DNA of 64,000 bases, from the NCBI GenBank assembly GCA_963825865.1, contig CAWGVG010000015.1:128001-192000 (forward strand), given 5' to 3'. Position numbers and translations under genes: made by a program. The notes under the pieces were generated by a model. It saw only the letters and a list, made by a program, of their open reading frames with translations, was not told the DNA's origin and did no database searches. This document shows, in pieces, positions 34,934-46,539 of this stretch; position 1 is the stretch's first letter; every line of letters starts with the position of its first letter. This DNA is from an uncultured Nitrososphaeraceae archaeon. Its GTDB lineage: Archaea; Thermoproteota; Nitrososphaeria; Nitrososphaerales; Nitrososphaeraceae.

Positions 34934-35578
34934 ACTAGTAAAATGTACTACACACATAGCTAAAAGGTTTTAGATATTAGATTGTATTAAATTATTATAG
35001 TATTATATTGTGTAATTAGCTTATTGTATCTATAATTACATTTGTATGAAATGGATTCTTGACAGATGTCCTTCATGTATAAAGTCCTTTTAACTCTGAT
35101 ATTCAGAAAATCACAAAAAAATGGGATTCCATTTATTAAACCAAAAGGTACAATTTCCGATTTGAATTGTATGTTTAAATAAAATAATATTTTCTCAAAT
35201 TATATTCTTTGAACTCTATTATATAGTAATAAGAGATTACCATATTAGACTAATAATAGTTAAGGGAATAACCTTACCTCGTTTGATATTCTTTTTTTTG
35301 TTTCTGCGTAAAATAAAATTTTACTCTACAATAGCCTTTTTATTGCATTTGATCTAAAACTTTTCAACTTATTATTATCTAACTGAACGGTTCATTCCGT
35401 CTATAAATCAGCTATAAGGAATATTTACTATAGATTGGTAAATAAATTAGTACACCACATTTGATATACTCAATAGTTATACGCAATAAGTTAGCAATAA
35501 ATCATATTAAATAAATCAGCATTAACTTACTCAAGTCAAATATACAGATGATATTGTAATGCTTATGAAGGAATCTAA

Positions 35579-35635
35579 ATGAACAACACAACTGACAACG
35601 GCGACGATGGTCATGGTGGTCGTCCTACGGGCTAG
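35579..35635 (+). pseudogene. Internally deleted paralogue of 34061-34387 (18-aa mini-ORF)
   Basis: Same upstream region, ATGAACAACACAA joined to CTGACAACGGCG, and same downstream TAGAATAGCAGC. Confidence 0.7.
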
Positions 35636-36302
35636 AATAGCAGCGGATGTTACTACGTGATAAGGTAGATCCTTTGCTATCACAATTTTTTTTCCTTTAT
35701 AAAAACTAAGAACACATTATCGTAATATTAGAATGAAAGTCTCTTTCATAATCTCGCTATATCCTGACATTGAAGAGAATTTGTAAAAAGACAAATTAGA
35801 GATCTCCCCCCATTTGTTGATTTTAAGGGTTTGTATTCGGGTGTTTAATTTTGGGTGATGATATCCTAAAGTGTTTTTAATAGATAAAAATAAATAAACA
35901 AAACACTGATTGAAAAAATGATTCCAGTAATTGTTCGCAATTTATTAGACTCTATTAAAAATCGTGAAAACTGTTGCTTGTATCGGTATTGACAATATAA
36001 ATAACATCCCAATAATAAGGATCCTGTTAATTGCCAAAATAGATATCGATTGGTCAACTATTTGTTTCCCATTTGAGGATGCCAATGCTGCAAAAATTGC
36101 TATTGCTAATGTATGATATATCTATGTACATCTAATACAATAATCTACGAATCCGACAAGAAAGGCAACTTTCTAAATGATGGCAACCACCATAAAAGTT
36201 CTTTAAACTATACTGCTATCTATAGTTGTTTTTGACTTACCTACTTACCAAAATGTTACTTTACAATTTATATTTTGCAAGATTGATAGTAGTAACGGAT
36301 AG

Positions 36303-37094
36303 TTGCTGAAGAGTACCTCAGTAGAAGTTAACATGTCTAAAAATGAAAATGTTAATTCTGGGACAGGAGAAGACACTGATACTGTAAAAGGAATTGAAAA
36401 GCAAATGCTCTCTGAGAATACTACTACCCAGGTATTAATTGAAAGGGAAAGAATTGATGATTCTTCGTTATCTGTTAGAGATTTTCGCATAAATGATAGT
36501 AAAATTCTCTCATTGTTAAATCGAGAAATTGGATCGAATTATTATTCCTTCAGAGGCTTAATGCGCAAATTGAATATTCATCAGCAAAGCCTTGCAAGGG
36601 CCTTGAACCGACTACAAGGTCTAGGGTTGATAGATAGAACTAGTATGGGTTACAAACTGACCAAAAATGCAATATTGCTGCTATCTAAAAGTGGTTTCAA
36701 TTTATCTAAAACAAGGGAAAGAAATGAGTGCATACAATTACTTCAAACCTACATTCCTGTGAATGTAAAACTTAATGAATTAGTAACCAGTTTAATCGGA
36801 AAATGGTTCAATAAGCTCAGATGGGTTGGTATGATTGAGGGGGAGACAGGATACATGTTACAATGGATCAATGAGGACGATGGTTATAACAATTCATTTC
36901 AGGTCAACTTGAAGATAGTATGTGACTACATAGTAATAGAGACCAATGCAGTTTCAGAAAAGGAAAAAATTGAAGCAATGGTTGGTTCATCTAGAATGCT
37001 TCAGCATATCATAAGATTGTTCGAGAACAAACTTGGAGTATCAGGTCAATATATGATTAACCTTAACCAGTATCTACCAAATAAAAACAATTAG
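36303..37094 (+). CDS. Winged-helix DNA-binding protein
   Basis: DSKILSLL..YSFRGLMRKLNIHQQSLARALNRLQGLGLIDRTSMGYKLT. Confidence 0.75.
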   Translation: MLKSTSVEVNMSKNENVNSGTGEDTDTVKGIEKQMLSENTTTQVLIERERIDDSSLSVRDFRINDSKILSLLNREIGSNYYSFRGLMRKLNIHQQSLARALNRLQGLGLIDRTSMGYKLTKNAILLLSKSGFNLSKTRERNECIQLLQTYIPVNVKLNELVTSLIGKWFNKLRWVGMIEGETGYMLQWINEDDGYNNSFQVNLKIVCDYIVIETNAVSEKEKIEAMVGSSRMLQHIIRLFENKLGVSGQYMINLNQYLPNKNN

Positions 37095-37727
37095 CAGCCA
37101 CCGAGTCAGTTGTCACTGTCTGTTGGTATTTTTTATTCTCTGTTATGATGAATTCCCATTATTGTTATCTCGTTGACACTTTACAAGTTACATGAGTCAA
37201 TAGACATTGCCAAAAATACGAATCTGGAATTATGTCCAAGCCTCAAATAAATAGCCAATAAATAAACACACGAAATTTTATGAATCAAATGCTAAATGTT
37301 TTCAAACTTTTTAAAACCCAAATCAGAACAGAACAGGAATAAAGGCAATTTCGGAAAAGAGGTCATTCTTACATTATTGTTATTACGAATATTATTAACT
37401 TTTCTAACACGCTATGAGCAATTATTACATCAATCTCTTCATCATCTTAGCAATTATCTTGATACACAAAAATAAAATAATAAATAGGTTATACAAAATA
37501 TTAGTCGCGAGATTTATAATAATTCATAGGACTGACCAACATATATAAAATGGTCAATAGGGCTAATGTTTGTCATAATATCATGGGAAACAAAAGAAAA
37601 AAGTTAATCCTTTAAATGAGAAAGTCAATGCGCTTTGGACAGGACTTTATAACAGAATTGCATATTTATCAGATATATGCCTCCTAAACTTTTAAGGCAA
37701 GATATGTATCAACGAGCTTAAGAAAAT

Positions 37728-38159
37728 TTGTCAATTAATAACAATTACAATACTGCTATCAATTATCCTTTACTGGTTGTTAACGCTGGAATCATAGGTT
37801 CAATATTCATTTTCTTTGCTCTTGCATCACAGGTACCTGCTTCAACAATTTTTGCTCTAGATACTCAAAAATGTTCTTTTGGTTTTAATATATTGGCACA
37901 ACATACTCAGATTGCAGTAGCTATGGTTGGTGGCATACTGATACTTCCTTTTTCGATATCTTCTGTCTTAGCTCTGATACATAGTAGTAGAGCTGCTGGT
38001 ATAGCAACCTCAATTGGTTTTGCTTTAATGTCCGTAGCTGCTGCAATTATATTATTATCACTTTCATGTAGAATCCCTTCTGATTTCTTTCTCGATATGA
38101 TAGTAATTCCTACGACAATTACTGTGACAGTAATTGTAGTACCTGCATGTGTACTATGA
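37728..38159 (+). CDS. Membrane protein (~4 TM)
   Basis: Four hydrophobic segments. Confidence 0.6.
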   Translation: MSINNNYNTAINYPLLVVNAGIIGSIFIFFALASQVPASTIFALDTQKCSFGFNILAQHTQIAVAMVGGILILPFSISSVLALIHSSRAAGIATSIGFALMSVAAAIILLSLSCRIPSDFFLDMIVIPTTITVTVIVVPACVL

Positions 38160-38281
38160 AAAGAGAGGAGGAGGAGTGGAGAGTAAACATTAAAGAGAAA
38201 AGAAGGTCAATAAATCTATAGAAATTATATTCAGGCTTAAGAAATCAAATCCTTATCAAGCAAATTAAAAGCCAATATTTT

Positions 38282-39190
38282 TTAATTTGTTGTCGCACCG
38301 TCGCCGGTGCCAGCAAGATCTGACCTCAGTGTTCTCATAACAATATCCCAAGGAGTTACTATAGAATTATCTTGTCCTTCTTCTAAAATCAAACATGGGT
38401 TGCGTATATCCACTAAAAGTTCTGCTGCATTACTTATAGTGATATGACAATTAACCTTAGTTGCGGATATCATATCCAAATGATTGATAATATTAATATC
38501 CGCTAAACCTGCAATACCGTCTCTACACATAATCTTTCTTCCTCTATGACTTAATAGAAACTCTAGAATCTTTCTATCATTTATAATGCGAAGTAGTTTA
38601 TTATTATTATTCTTGGCATCATTGTCCTCTATACCTATATTTCGTATACCCCCTTCTATCATCAAGTCCAATGCAGTTCTAATAGTGGTATTTTTATCCA
38701 CACTTATTAGAGGAGAAGAGAGATCCTTTATTGGTCTATCGATATTTGTTTTTGCTATTAAAGGTAGAATATCTCTTATGGAAAGTGATGCTGCTACTAC
38801 TATTGATCTATCTTTTGCTATTATGGGAACAAAAGCAAACCTTGTTTTCTCAAAGATTTCTAATGCCGCACTCAAGGGTGAATCCATTTCTATACTTCCT
38901 ACAAAGCTATCCATTATTTGTGACGCCTTTAGATCTAACCACTCTGGATAGCCTAAATTTAAAATCTTGGAAATAATCTGTTTGCTGCTAATTCTACCGA
39001 TAGGTTCTTCTTTACCTCTTCCTTTATCGATTACTAACAATCCATCTACATAGATTTGGGGCCCTATTGCAAGAAAGGTTGCTGTTTTCAATAAATGTGA
39101 ATTTGGTCCAACAAATAGAAATGGTCTCCTGAAAATTTGAGGAGCGGCATCTTTTATTAGAATATCTTCCAGAGACATATTGTGGTTCAC
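38282..39190 (-). CDS. CBS-domain protein (4 CBS)
   Basis: LKASQIM, LSIRDIL, SSPLISVDKNTTIRTALDLM, IVTPWDIV. Confidence 0.8.
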   Translation of the reverse strand: MNHNMSLEDILIKDAAPQIFRRPFLFVGPNSHLLKTATFLAIGPQIYVDGLLVIDKGRGKEEPIGRISSKQIISKILNLGYPEWLDLKASQIMDSFVGSIEMDSPLSAALEIFEKTRFAFVPIIAKDRSIVVAASLSIRDILPLIAKTNIDRPIKDLSSPLISVDKNTTIRTALDLMIEGGIRNIGIEDNDAKNNNNKLLRIINDRKILEFLLSHRGRKIMCRDGIAGLADINIINHLDMISATKVNCHITISNAAELLVDIRNPCLILEEGQDNSIVTPWDIVMRTLRSDLAGTGDGATTN

Positions 39191-39239
39191 ATGAATTCAT
39201 TCCTTAAATTTGCAAATCAATACTTTATCGTCAAACACT

Positions 39240-39842
39240 TTATGATGTATGCAGAATGTCTCTAAACCAGTAGTCAGTAAACTTGCCATATATTGATTGC
39301 TGGTCTACCAGTATTTGATCACTTAAAAAACTGGATACTAAGGACTGGTTCTTTACTATTGTTCTAGATATATCCTTATCTGTGATTATGCCTACCATTT
39401 TTCCTTTGTTATCAACTACTGGAAGCCTGCGAATATCTTTTTGTTGCATACTTTCCATGGCATCCCTTATCGAGCTATTTGGATTTATTGTAATTAGAGG
39501 GCTACTCATTACTTCACGCACTGGTGCATCAATTAAAAGTGGATCAGAATGTCCTATTAGGCGTACAATATCTCTTTCCGTAACAATGCCTATTGGTCTT
39601 TCGCCTTCAGCGTTACCATAGGAACTATCTTTTAAAATGACTATACTTCCAATTTTATTTTCATACATCATTCTACAGACTACTCGAATAGTTTGGTTTT
39701 CCGTAGCTAGTTTTACATTGTCAGTCATAAGACTAGATACAGGTACAGATTCAATACTCATGTTGTTAGTATTACTGCTCATGATCATCGTAATTACAAG
39801 GCTAATATTTGTAATGTAAGATTCCACTGCACGGCACTGCAA
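39240..39842 (-). CDS. CBS-domain protein (CBS pair)
   Basis: PIGIVTERDIV, VREVMSSPLITI, IRRLPVVD..MVGIITDKDI. Confidence 0.9.
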   Translation of the reverse strand: MQCRAVESYITNISLVITMIMSSNTNNMSIESVPVSSLMTDNVKLATENQTIRVVCRMMYENKIGSIVILKDSSYGNAEGERPIGIVTERDIVRLIGHSDPLLIDAPVREVMSSPLITINPNSSIRDAMESMQQKDIRRLPVVDNKGKMVGIITDKDISRTIVKNQSLVSSFLSDQILVDQQSIYGKFTDYWFRDILHTS

Positions 39843-40139
39843 ATGCCGACAGAATATCGTAATTTCAACAATATTGGCCCGTTACCAGAGAATGACTACT
39901 GCATCTTGTAGATAAAGGGTCAATTTTGCAGGATATAGATGGAATATCGTTCAAAAGCAAATTAACATCGATAAGGTTAGGTGTTGGCCTGCAGTTAAGC
40001 ATTACAAATACCTTTGGGACACTATATTTACTTACGATCCTCTTTTATTATTTTTTATTCATCTCATGATAAAATCTATGGAAGAGAGAAGATAAATTGA
40101 ATTTTTGATCAAAAATGAATGAAAAGAAGCAAGAAGAAG

Positions 40140-40230
40140 GTTTAACATAGGATCTTTCTTGCTAAGTAACTCCACCAACATTGATTTTTTTCAGAGCATC
40201 GCTTATAGTCTTGACATCGTTTTCAACCAT
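40140..40230 (-). pseudogene. Possible P-II (GlnB/K) fragment
   Basis: ENDVKTISDALKKINVGGVT resembles P-II helix 1/strand 2; very short. Confidence 0.35.
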
Positions 40231-40859
40231 ACTTCTATCTCAATTAAGTAAACTATATTTTCAGCTGTGAGATTACATAAATTTTTTCTTGGATGACTAT
40301 CTATATTCACTCTTACTACGGTTGTATTTGTTATTGCAGTGCAAGTCAATAGAGTTCAACGTACACCTAAACAATAATAGCGAAACAAAGTAACTAAAAA
40401 GACTAAGATGGTTAAATCATTTAGAACAGACTTTGTCTTCATAATACTTTTGATTTCTACTATGATAATAGTCGCCAGCATTAACATCATCATTTACAAC
40501 AATAACAACAACTACAAAGGACGTTTATGGACAAACAGGAAGTATGGCTACACTACAAAATATAGGAGCCTTCTTACATTATGGTTTTGACGGTCTAATA
40601 TCTCTACTGTTAATCTAAAGAAGAAAAGATATACGTGTAGTCATAATCAACAAAACTACATTGTACCAATTAAAGACTATTACGTAGCTCGTTAGCCTAC
40701 TGGTTTTATGTTAATGAATGAACCTAAAGCTTTTATCGCCTGTCTCTTTTAGAAATCTATCAATATCTATTACGATATTTGAATAGTTATGTAATCCGCC
40801 ATCAGGAAACACACTATATGTTCTGTGCTTTGTCGTTGTTGAAAGTGGTTTGGCAGATA

Positions 40860-41279
40860 TCAGCCATAATTCTCCTTATTTGGCTGTAAAAATTCTAATT
40901 GTTGTATTTTATTTAAGTCCACTTCCTTTTCCTTTATAATTTGAATAATAATTGATTTATCAGGCTTTCTCCTCAAGCTTTCTAAACCAGGTATAATTAC
41001 ATCAAGAACTAAATCTTTAGTAACTTGGATTTTTCTTTCTGACGGTAAAGTACAAATTGTAAGCATAAAATGAAGGAGCGCCTCACTTAATATTTCAATT
41101 GCTGCATCACAACCTTCATTTGATTCAGAAGATATATTTGTAATAGATTTACCCATTATGATATCGATATATTTTTGCGATGATTCAATACTTGAAGTGA
41201 TATCTGCTTGAATCTTTTCCTTTCCTATATCTTCTATTACCGAGTACAAGATTCGCTTAATTTCCTCGCCAGGTAACAT
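40860..41279 (-). CDS. Hypothetical protein (3' end probably frameshifted)
   Basis: 139-aa ORF with ALLHFMLT..LPSERKI..LDVIIP. Confidence 0.6.
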   Translation of the reverse strand: MLPGEEIKRILYSVIEDIGKEKIQADITSSIESSQKYIDIIMGKSITNISSESNEGCDAAIEILSEALLHFMLTICTLPSERKIQVTKDLVLDVIIPGLESLRRKPDKSIIIQIIKEKEVDLNKIQQLEFLQPNKENYG

Positions 41280-41485
41280 TTTGTCTATATAGATTATTAA
41301 TTGCTATATTATTATTACATAGTGTTTTTGTCTACTATGATGATGAATAATCTGTAAAGTAATGTCTATTAATTAGGAAGTAGGCTATACTTATTTATGA
41401 CAGAAGAAGCAAAATCGAAAGTCTATAAGTTGAAGTTGAAAGTTTCAGAAGTAAAATTCGTTTAACAGATGAAAGAGGGCTATTC

Positions 41486-42223
41486 ATGAGCTTTACTAAC
41501 CTGCCTTTATTGGAGCAAATTCGTGCTAGGATAAATAAAACGCTAATTGATGGTATCCAGATTAATATGTCAACCGAAGAATCTAAAAAATTACTGAGAA
41601 GGCATGTAAACACCAAAACAAATCTGGTGGTTATGTTTATAGATATTAACAACTCAACAGAAATGAGCCTCTCTTTACCAGAACATAAATTTGCTTTAAT
41701 CGTACAAAGTTTTGCTCAAGAAATAAGTATTGCTGTATCAGGTTATGGTGGCTATGTATTCAAGTATGAAGGCGATGCTGTTATTGTATTATTTCCTGCG
41801 GAATATGATCGGATAAAAGCATGTAAAAATGCATTGAATTGTTCAAGAGCAATATTGCAAATTATAAAAGAAGTTATCAATCCTGCATTTAAGGCAAATG
41901 AATTACCTGAAATCACAGTAAGAATAGGATTGGCTTATGGCTATGCTTTAGTAGTACTTTACGGAAAGAGTTTAGAAAAAGCCCACATAGATATAATAGG
42001 TTCTAGTATAAGCATGGCTTCAAAGATTGCATCTCTTGCAAAGCCTAATCAGCTATTGGTAGGCGAATATATTTACAATATCCTGTTGTCATCGGATAGC
42101 AAAAAAGATTTTTTAAACAATATCACGTTTGTAGAGGTAGATCTCGATCCAATAAAATGGAAATATCTCTCTCATTTTGATCCCGAAAGTATGTATCGTG
42201 TATACGAATATTTAAAAAGTTAA
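41486..42223 (+). CDS. Class III adenylate/guanylate cyclase domain protein
   Basis: VMFIDINNST, FKYEGDAV, VRIGLAYG, DIIGSSISMASKI. Confidence 0.9.
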   Translation: MSFTNLPLLEQIRARINKTLIDGIQINMSTEESKKLLRRHVNTKTNLVVMFIDINNSTEMSLSLPEHKFALIVQSFAQEISIAVSGYGGYVFKYEGDAVIVLFPAEYDRIKACKNALNCSRAILQIIKEVINPAFKANELPEITVRIGLAYGYALVVLYGKSLEKAHIDIIGSSISMASKIASLAKPNQLLVGEYIYNILLSSDSKKDFLNNITFVEVDLDPIKWKYLSHFDPESMYRVYEYLKS

Positions 42224-42400
42224 GAAGATATTATAAAGACATTCTAATAACAATAATGTAAAGACTTAGGAAAAGAGACATAGAAAGAAAGTTGGCTAAT
42301 GTAGCCAAGATCTAGTTTACTATACGAAAAAAGTAAAAAAGGATACATGAAAATTTATAACGCTTCTAAATAGCATATTACAGCAGGAATAATAACGTGG

Positions 42401-43019
42401 GTGAACAATAATAATAATAATAATAATGTTACTTTAAAGGAGAACTCAGGATATCCCAGAAAGACTCGAAGTATTACCTTTAGACTAGACGCTTCTGTAA
42501 TAGATGAACTGCAACGCGAAGCAAACCAAAAGGAAATATCACTCAATGTTTTAGTGAATCAGACTCTAAAAAGGTATGCAGAATGGGATAGATATGAAAG
42601 CAGAATTGGTATGATGCCTGTGCCCAAAGTAATGTTATCTTCCTTAATTGACAAATCAATAAAAATAGCCAAAAATACGGGGATCAAAGATATAGATCCT
42701 TACAGGGACGAAATTATAAAATCTGCCGCTGAAATTGCGTTTAGTATAATGAAAGATTCTGTATTATTTATGAAGAAACAATACAATTTGTGGGTAGTTC
42801 TTTCAGGTACTGGAACAATACATGAAGGTATCAGGCATAAACTCTGACCATAGAATAGAGGGTGAAAGGAAACATGTATTCATAATACAGCATGAGCTTG
42901 GTGAAAATTGGTCATTATTTACAAAGGAACTGTTGACGCTTATCTTTGAAAACCTGGCTAAAGTTAAAGTTGAAGTCAGTATAACTCCAAACACAACTGT
43001 GGCTGAAGTTATACTTTAG
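42401..43019 (+). CDS. Hypothetical regulator with N-terminal RHH (one frameshift)
   Basis: TRSITFRLDASVIDELQREANQKEISLNVLVNQTL; continues in ORF 42822-43019 (IIQHELGENWS). Confidence 0.7.
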
Positions 43020-43542
43020 TATGCTGAATAAAAGAAGATAATAATTAAAGAAGCAAAATGTATTTACCTGTATGTGTGTATTATATCTATACCATTTAAC
43101 ATAAGTGAACTGACAAATTTCCAGCTAGGTAATTTCTCATATTCAGGTTGAAATGTTTATTTCTGAAATATTGTCCTATTTGCCTTCTAAAATCTGTAAA
43201 TGATGATTAGCATTTCAGCACATACCACCACCTTCAACCTTCAAGACAAGTAACAACCTCCCCTTTACATTCGGATCTGATTCCCTTTTGTACAGATTGG
43301 CTAATTTGCTCCTGTTAAACGTCATCTATCGAATAACATGAACAATGCTCCTGCAAACAGCTCTTCCTGTCTGAAAAATATGACGATTCTGTCAAAAAAA
43401 TGTCAGCATACTTATGTTAATTGGTAGACGCTTATCTACAAAGTTCCATTGGTATATATGCATGTGATGTTAAATTGTTTATTTGTTAGTGCACTGCATA
43501 CATACTAGTTATTAATTATAGATATATAGTAATGATTTAACG

Positions 43543-44022
43543 GTGACACATAATAGATCTGATGGACATAACATAGATGAAACCTATTCATCTGTACTCA
43601 TCAATAAGAGCATAGTATATGAATACTTTGAGCTCATTAAAAATAAAGATATCAACGGATTGTTATCTCTTTTTACAGATGATGCTATAATCTATGAACC
43701 CTTCAGCAATATATCCGGAGGATTGCAAGGAAAGTGTACAATTAAACCCTTCCTAGAAATTGCAATGATGGCAAATAATGGACTAACACATAATATTTTC
43801 ATTGAGAAACTTTCTGATGATGATAATAATAATAATACAAGCAAAGAATATGATGATGACAATGATAACAAAAATAAGGTTACAGCCTTGGTAACTTTTG
43901 AAAGAGGAGACATCGTAAGAGCCAGATTTACATTTGAACTAACTCCTGTATTATCAGAAGCTAATAATAATAGCAGTTTAAGAAAGAAGATTCAAATTCT
44001 GCATATTAAATTTGTTGGATAA
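43543..44022 (+). CDS. SnoaL/NTF2-like protein
   Basis: IVYEYFELIKNKDINGLLSLFTDDAIIYEP...GK..IKPF. Confidence 0.8.
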   Translation: MTHNRSDGHNIDETYSSVLINKSIVYEYFELIKNKDINGLLSLFTDDAIIYEPFSNISGGLQGKCTIKPFLEIAMMANNGLTHNIFIEKLSDDDNNNNTSKEYDDDNDNKNKVTALVTFERGDIVRARFTFELTPVLSEANNNSSLRKKIQILHIKFVG

Positions 44023-44315
44023 AGAGCAATCACCAGTACCAATGGTTGGCAGGAGCAAATGAAGTATATCTATATTTTAGATGATCTGCCAGTAGCAAAT
44101 AATAATATCCTAGCAAAAAGAAAGAAAGAGAAAGAAAGTTGCTTCTCTATTAGCACAATCTACTATGGCTGAATCAGAAATAGCTAAGGAATTGAATGTT
44201 GACTCTAATCCAAATTTATAGGTAGAGTGTAATGCTTATTCTCTTTTATTTATCTTGAATGAAAGGAACCAAGTATCAAACATACAATAAGTAACCTTAA
44301 AGGATTGATTATCAT

Positions 44316-44513
44316 ATGTTAGTTGATGACTATGCTTACCAAGGATTTAACGTAATGTCTAATTCTGATATTTGTCTTTGTGGTCATATACGACGGATTC
44401 ATTTCAATCCAATACTAGGTGGTAAGAGAAGGCCATGTTCCCATATAAAATGTCCATGCGTTGATTTTAAACCTGCTAACTCTGAACTACAAGAACATGA
44501 TATTAGCGAGTAG
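44316..44513 (+). CDS. Small Cys/His metal-binding protein
   Basis: CLCGH...H.....PC....CPC.DF. Confidence 0.45.
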   Translation: MLVDDYAYQGFNVMSNSDICLCGHIRRIHFNPILGGKRRPCSHIKCPCVDFKPANSELQEHDISE

Positions 44514-44720
44514 TAGTAGCAATACATTACATTTTTTTCATCTACTTCCACTTCATCATGAGAATATATATTATGAAAGACTTCAGGCCTGACATGGAAT
44601 ATTCAGATAGTAACTACCAATCCATTACTAACTTCTCAATATAGATAATGGCGTTAAGCGGATAGATCTAAGTTCAAATTCATTTTTATATGGTCTTTAG
44701 CGTATTTAGAAAATATTAAG

Positions 44721-45177
44721 TTGTCTACAGAAGATTCAAAATTTTCAAAAATAATGGTAGCAATTGATGGCTCAGAGCATTCATTTAAAGCAGACCGAAT
44801 ATGCTTTAGAAATGGCAAAATCCTTTAGGTCACAGCTTTATGCAGTTACTGTTACTTATGTTCCTGAATCATACCATCTTAAACAAGAAGATGTATTAAA
44901 CCAATCAAGAGAAATGCGTGATAGCATGGAAGACGCCAAAACATGGCTTGAAAAGTTCAATCAGGAATCAAAGGAAGATAATATCCAACTAAAAACAGAA
45001 TTGATTAACAGCCACAGACCAGTAGATTACATAATATTAGAATACGCAGAGAAGAACAATATCGATTTGATTGTGGTAGGGACAAGAGGAAGGTCAGGAT
45101 TTAAGAAATTATTACTTGGAAGTATTGCATCTTCTGTAGTAACTTATGCACATTGTCCTGTAATGGTAGTAAAATAA
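44721..45177 (+). CDS. Universal stress protein (one frameshift)
   Basis: KIMVAIDGSEHS...IDLIVVGTRGRSGFKKLLLGSIASSVVTYAHCPVMVVK. Confidence 0.9.
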
Positions 45178-45195
45178 ACTTGGGCGGTAAGCGTC

Positions 45196-45590
45196 TTATA
45201 TGACTTGAAGATATGCTTCAATTCTGCAGCCATTTATCTCCATTACTGTTTCTTTATTTGCAAAGGTTAACCCTATCTTTTGCTCAAATAATGACTTCAT
45301 CCTTTTTATTAGCTTGATGGTAATGTCTATGTTAGGTTCTGTAACTATGCACATCTGGCTGATTCTGTAATCGTTCTTGTTCCTCAAACAAAGCCATGCA
45401 ATAAACCTGGGAAAAAATTCGATAATTACTAATCCTGTTGCCTTCTTTATCCACAGGTGCTTGTCTTTGAAATCATGATTCAATGGATTGCAGAAGTCTG
45501 GTGAAAGCAGAGCCGCATACAATAATTCCTGGTAATCGAAAATTGGTTTTTTTAATCCATCTTTTGTTGGCAAACCAATTATATAATTAA
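45196..45590 (-). pseudogene. Fragment of a terminase-large-subunit-like/SF2 ATPase
   Basis: PIFDYQ (Q motif), HLWIKKATGL.I.EF (degenerate Walker A), MCIVT.PN, NGCRIEAY. Confidence 0.5.
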
Positions 45591-45674
45591 AGCCTATTTC
45601 GCACAGACGATCTTAGATGCATAAGCTCCAAAAAGAAGCATGTTTCCTATAAGGAAGACAGTAAGTGACAGTCT

Positions 45675-46167
45675 CTAGTCTCTGTAATACTTCATAATTT
45701 TTTCAATGACGTCATCCTCTTCATTCCTCTGTTTTTGAAAAATATCTCTGGTATTATCGCGATACCTTGTAAAGTCCATAGGTGTAATGATGCCTGCAGG
45801 TTTTTCAATATCATTTTTCTTTTCAACAACAAGAAGATGTCTTATTTTGTTTTTTAAAAGCACGTCAGCAGCTTGTTCTGGTGTTGAATTAGAAGGAATA
45901 GTGACAAGTGGAGAAGACAGTATATCGGCAACTCGTATAGCATTAATGTTTACATCTTGTTCTTCTTCTAGGGCAAATACCTTTCTTACTATATCGCGCT
46001 CAGTTACCAAACCAATTAGATTACTATATCTATCGATCACTACTAGAGAACTAATGTCCTTGTCTTTCATTTTTTTTGCTGCCTTGTTTAACAGAATCTG
46101 TTTCTTGAATAGTTTCAAATTTTCTTGTCATAAAGTCATTAACTGTTGTAGTTTTTACCATAATCAT
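45675..46167 (-). CDS. CBS-domain protein (one frameshift)
   Basis: VNDFMT, IGLVTERDIVRK, IRHLLVV, GIITPMDF. Confidence 0.85.
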
Positions 46168-46539
46168 ACTAGATGATATTTTATGATGGATGTTGTAATT
46201 ATATAGGTGGTTTGCAGTGCATTGCACAAAAGTCAATATCTATCTTGTAAGCAAAAAGAGGTCGCTCCAATCACAAATCAACTTTCGATTGTCGATATTG
46301 ATGTATTTACAATAACAAGGCCTAATTATTGTTAATGTGAAAAGTCCAAAGATATACTGATGGAATTGTAAATACTGGTCTTCTTCTGAAATACTAATTA
46401 ATGCAAATCCAAGAGACCCAGATATCGAGTCAAGGGTTTTACCATTGCTTGTTGGCGCCGGAATTGATGCATGTCCTGGAGCCTCAGAGATTTCACTAGA
46501 AGAATGGTTCAGAAGATATAATGTAATATTAGAAAGTGC

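Larger units (their letters stand above)
33267..35013. repeat. Two ~80-bp direct-repeat copies (33267-33345 and 34934-35013), the upstream region of the RHH gene
   Basis: ACTAGTA.AATGTACTACACACATAGCTAAAAGGTTTT.GATA...ATTGT.T.A.ATTATTATAGTA.TATATTGTGT at both sites. Confidence 0.8.

Noticed and set aside
42404-42428. AAT trinucleotide run (poly-Asn) as a phase-variation tract
   Set aside because: In-frame triplet low-complexity runs are common throughout this AT-rich sequence.
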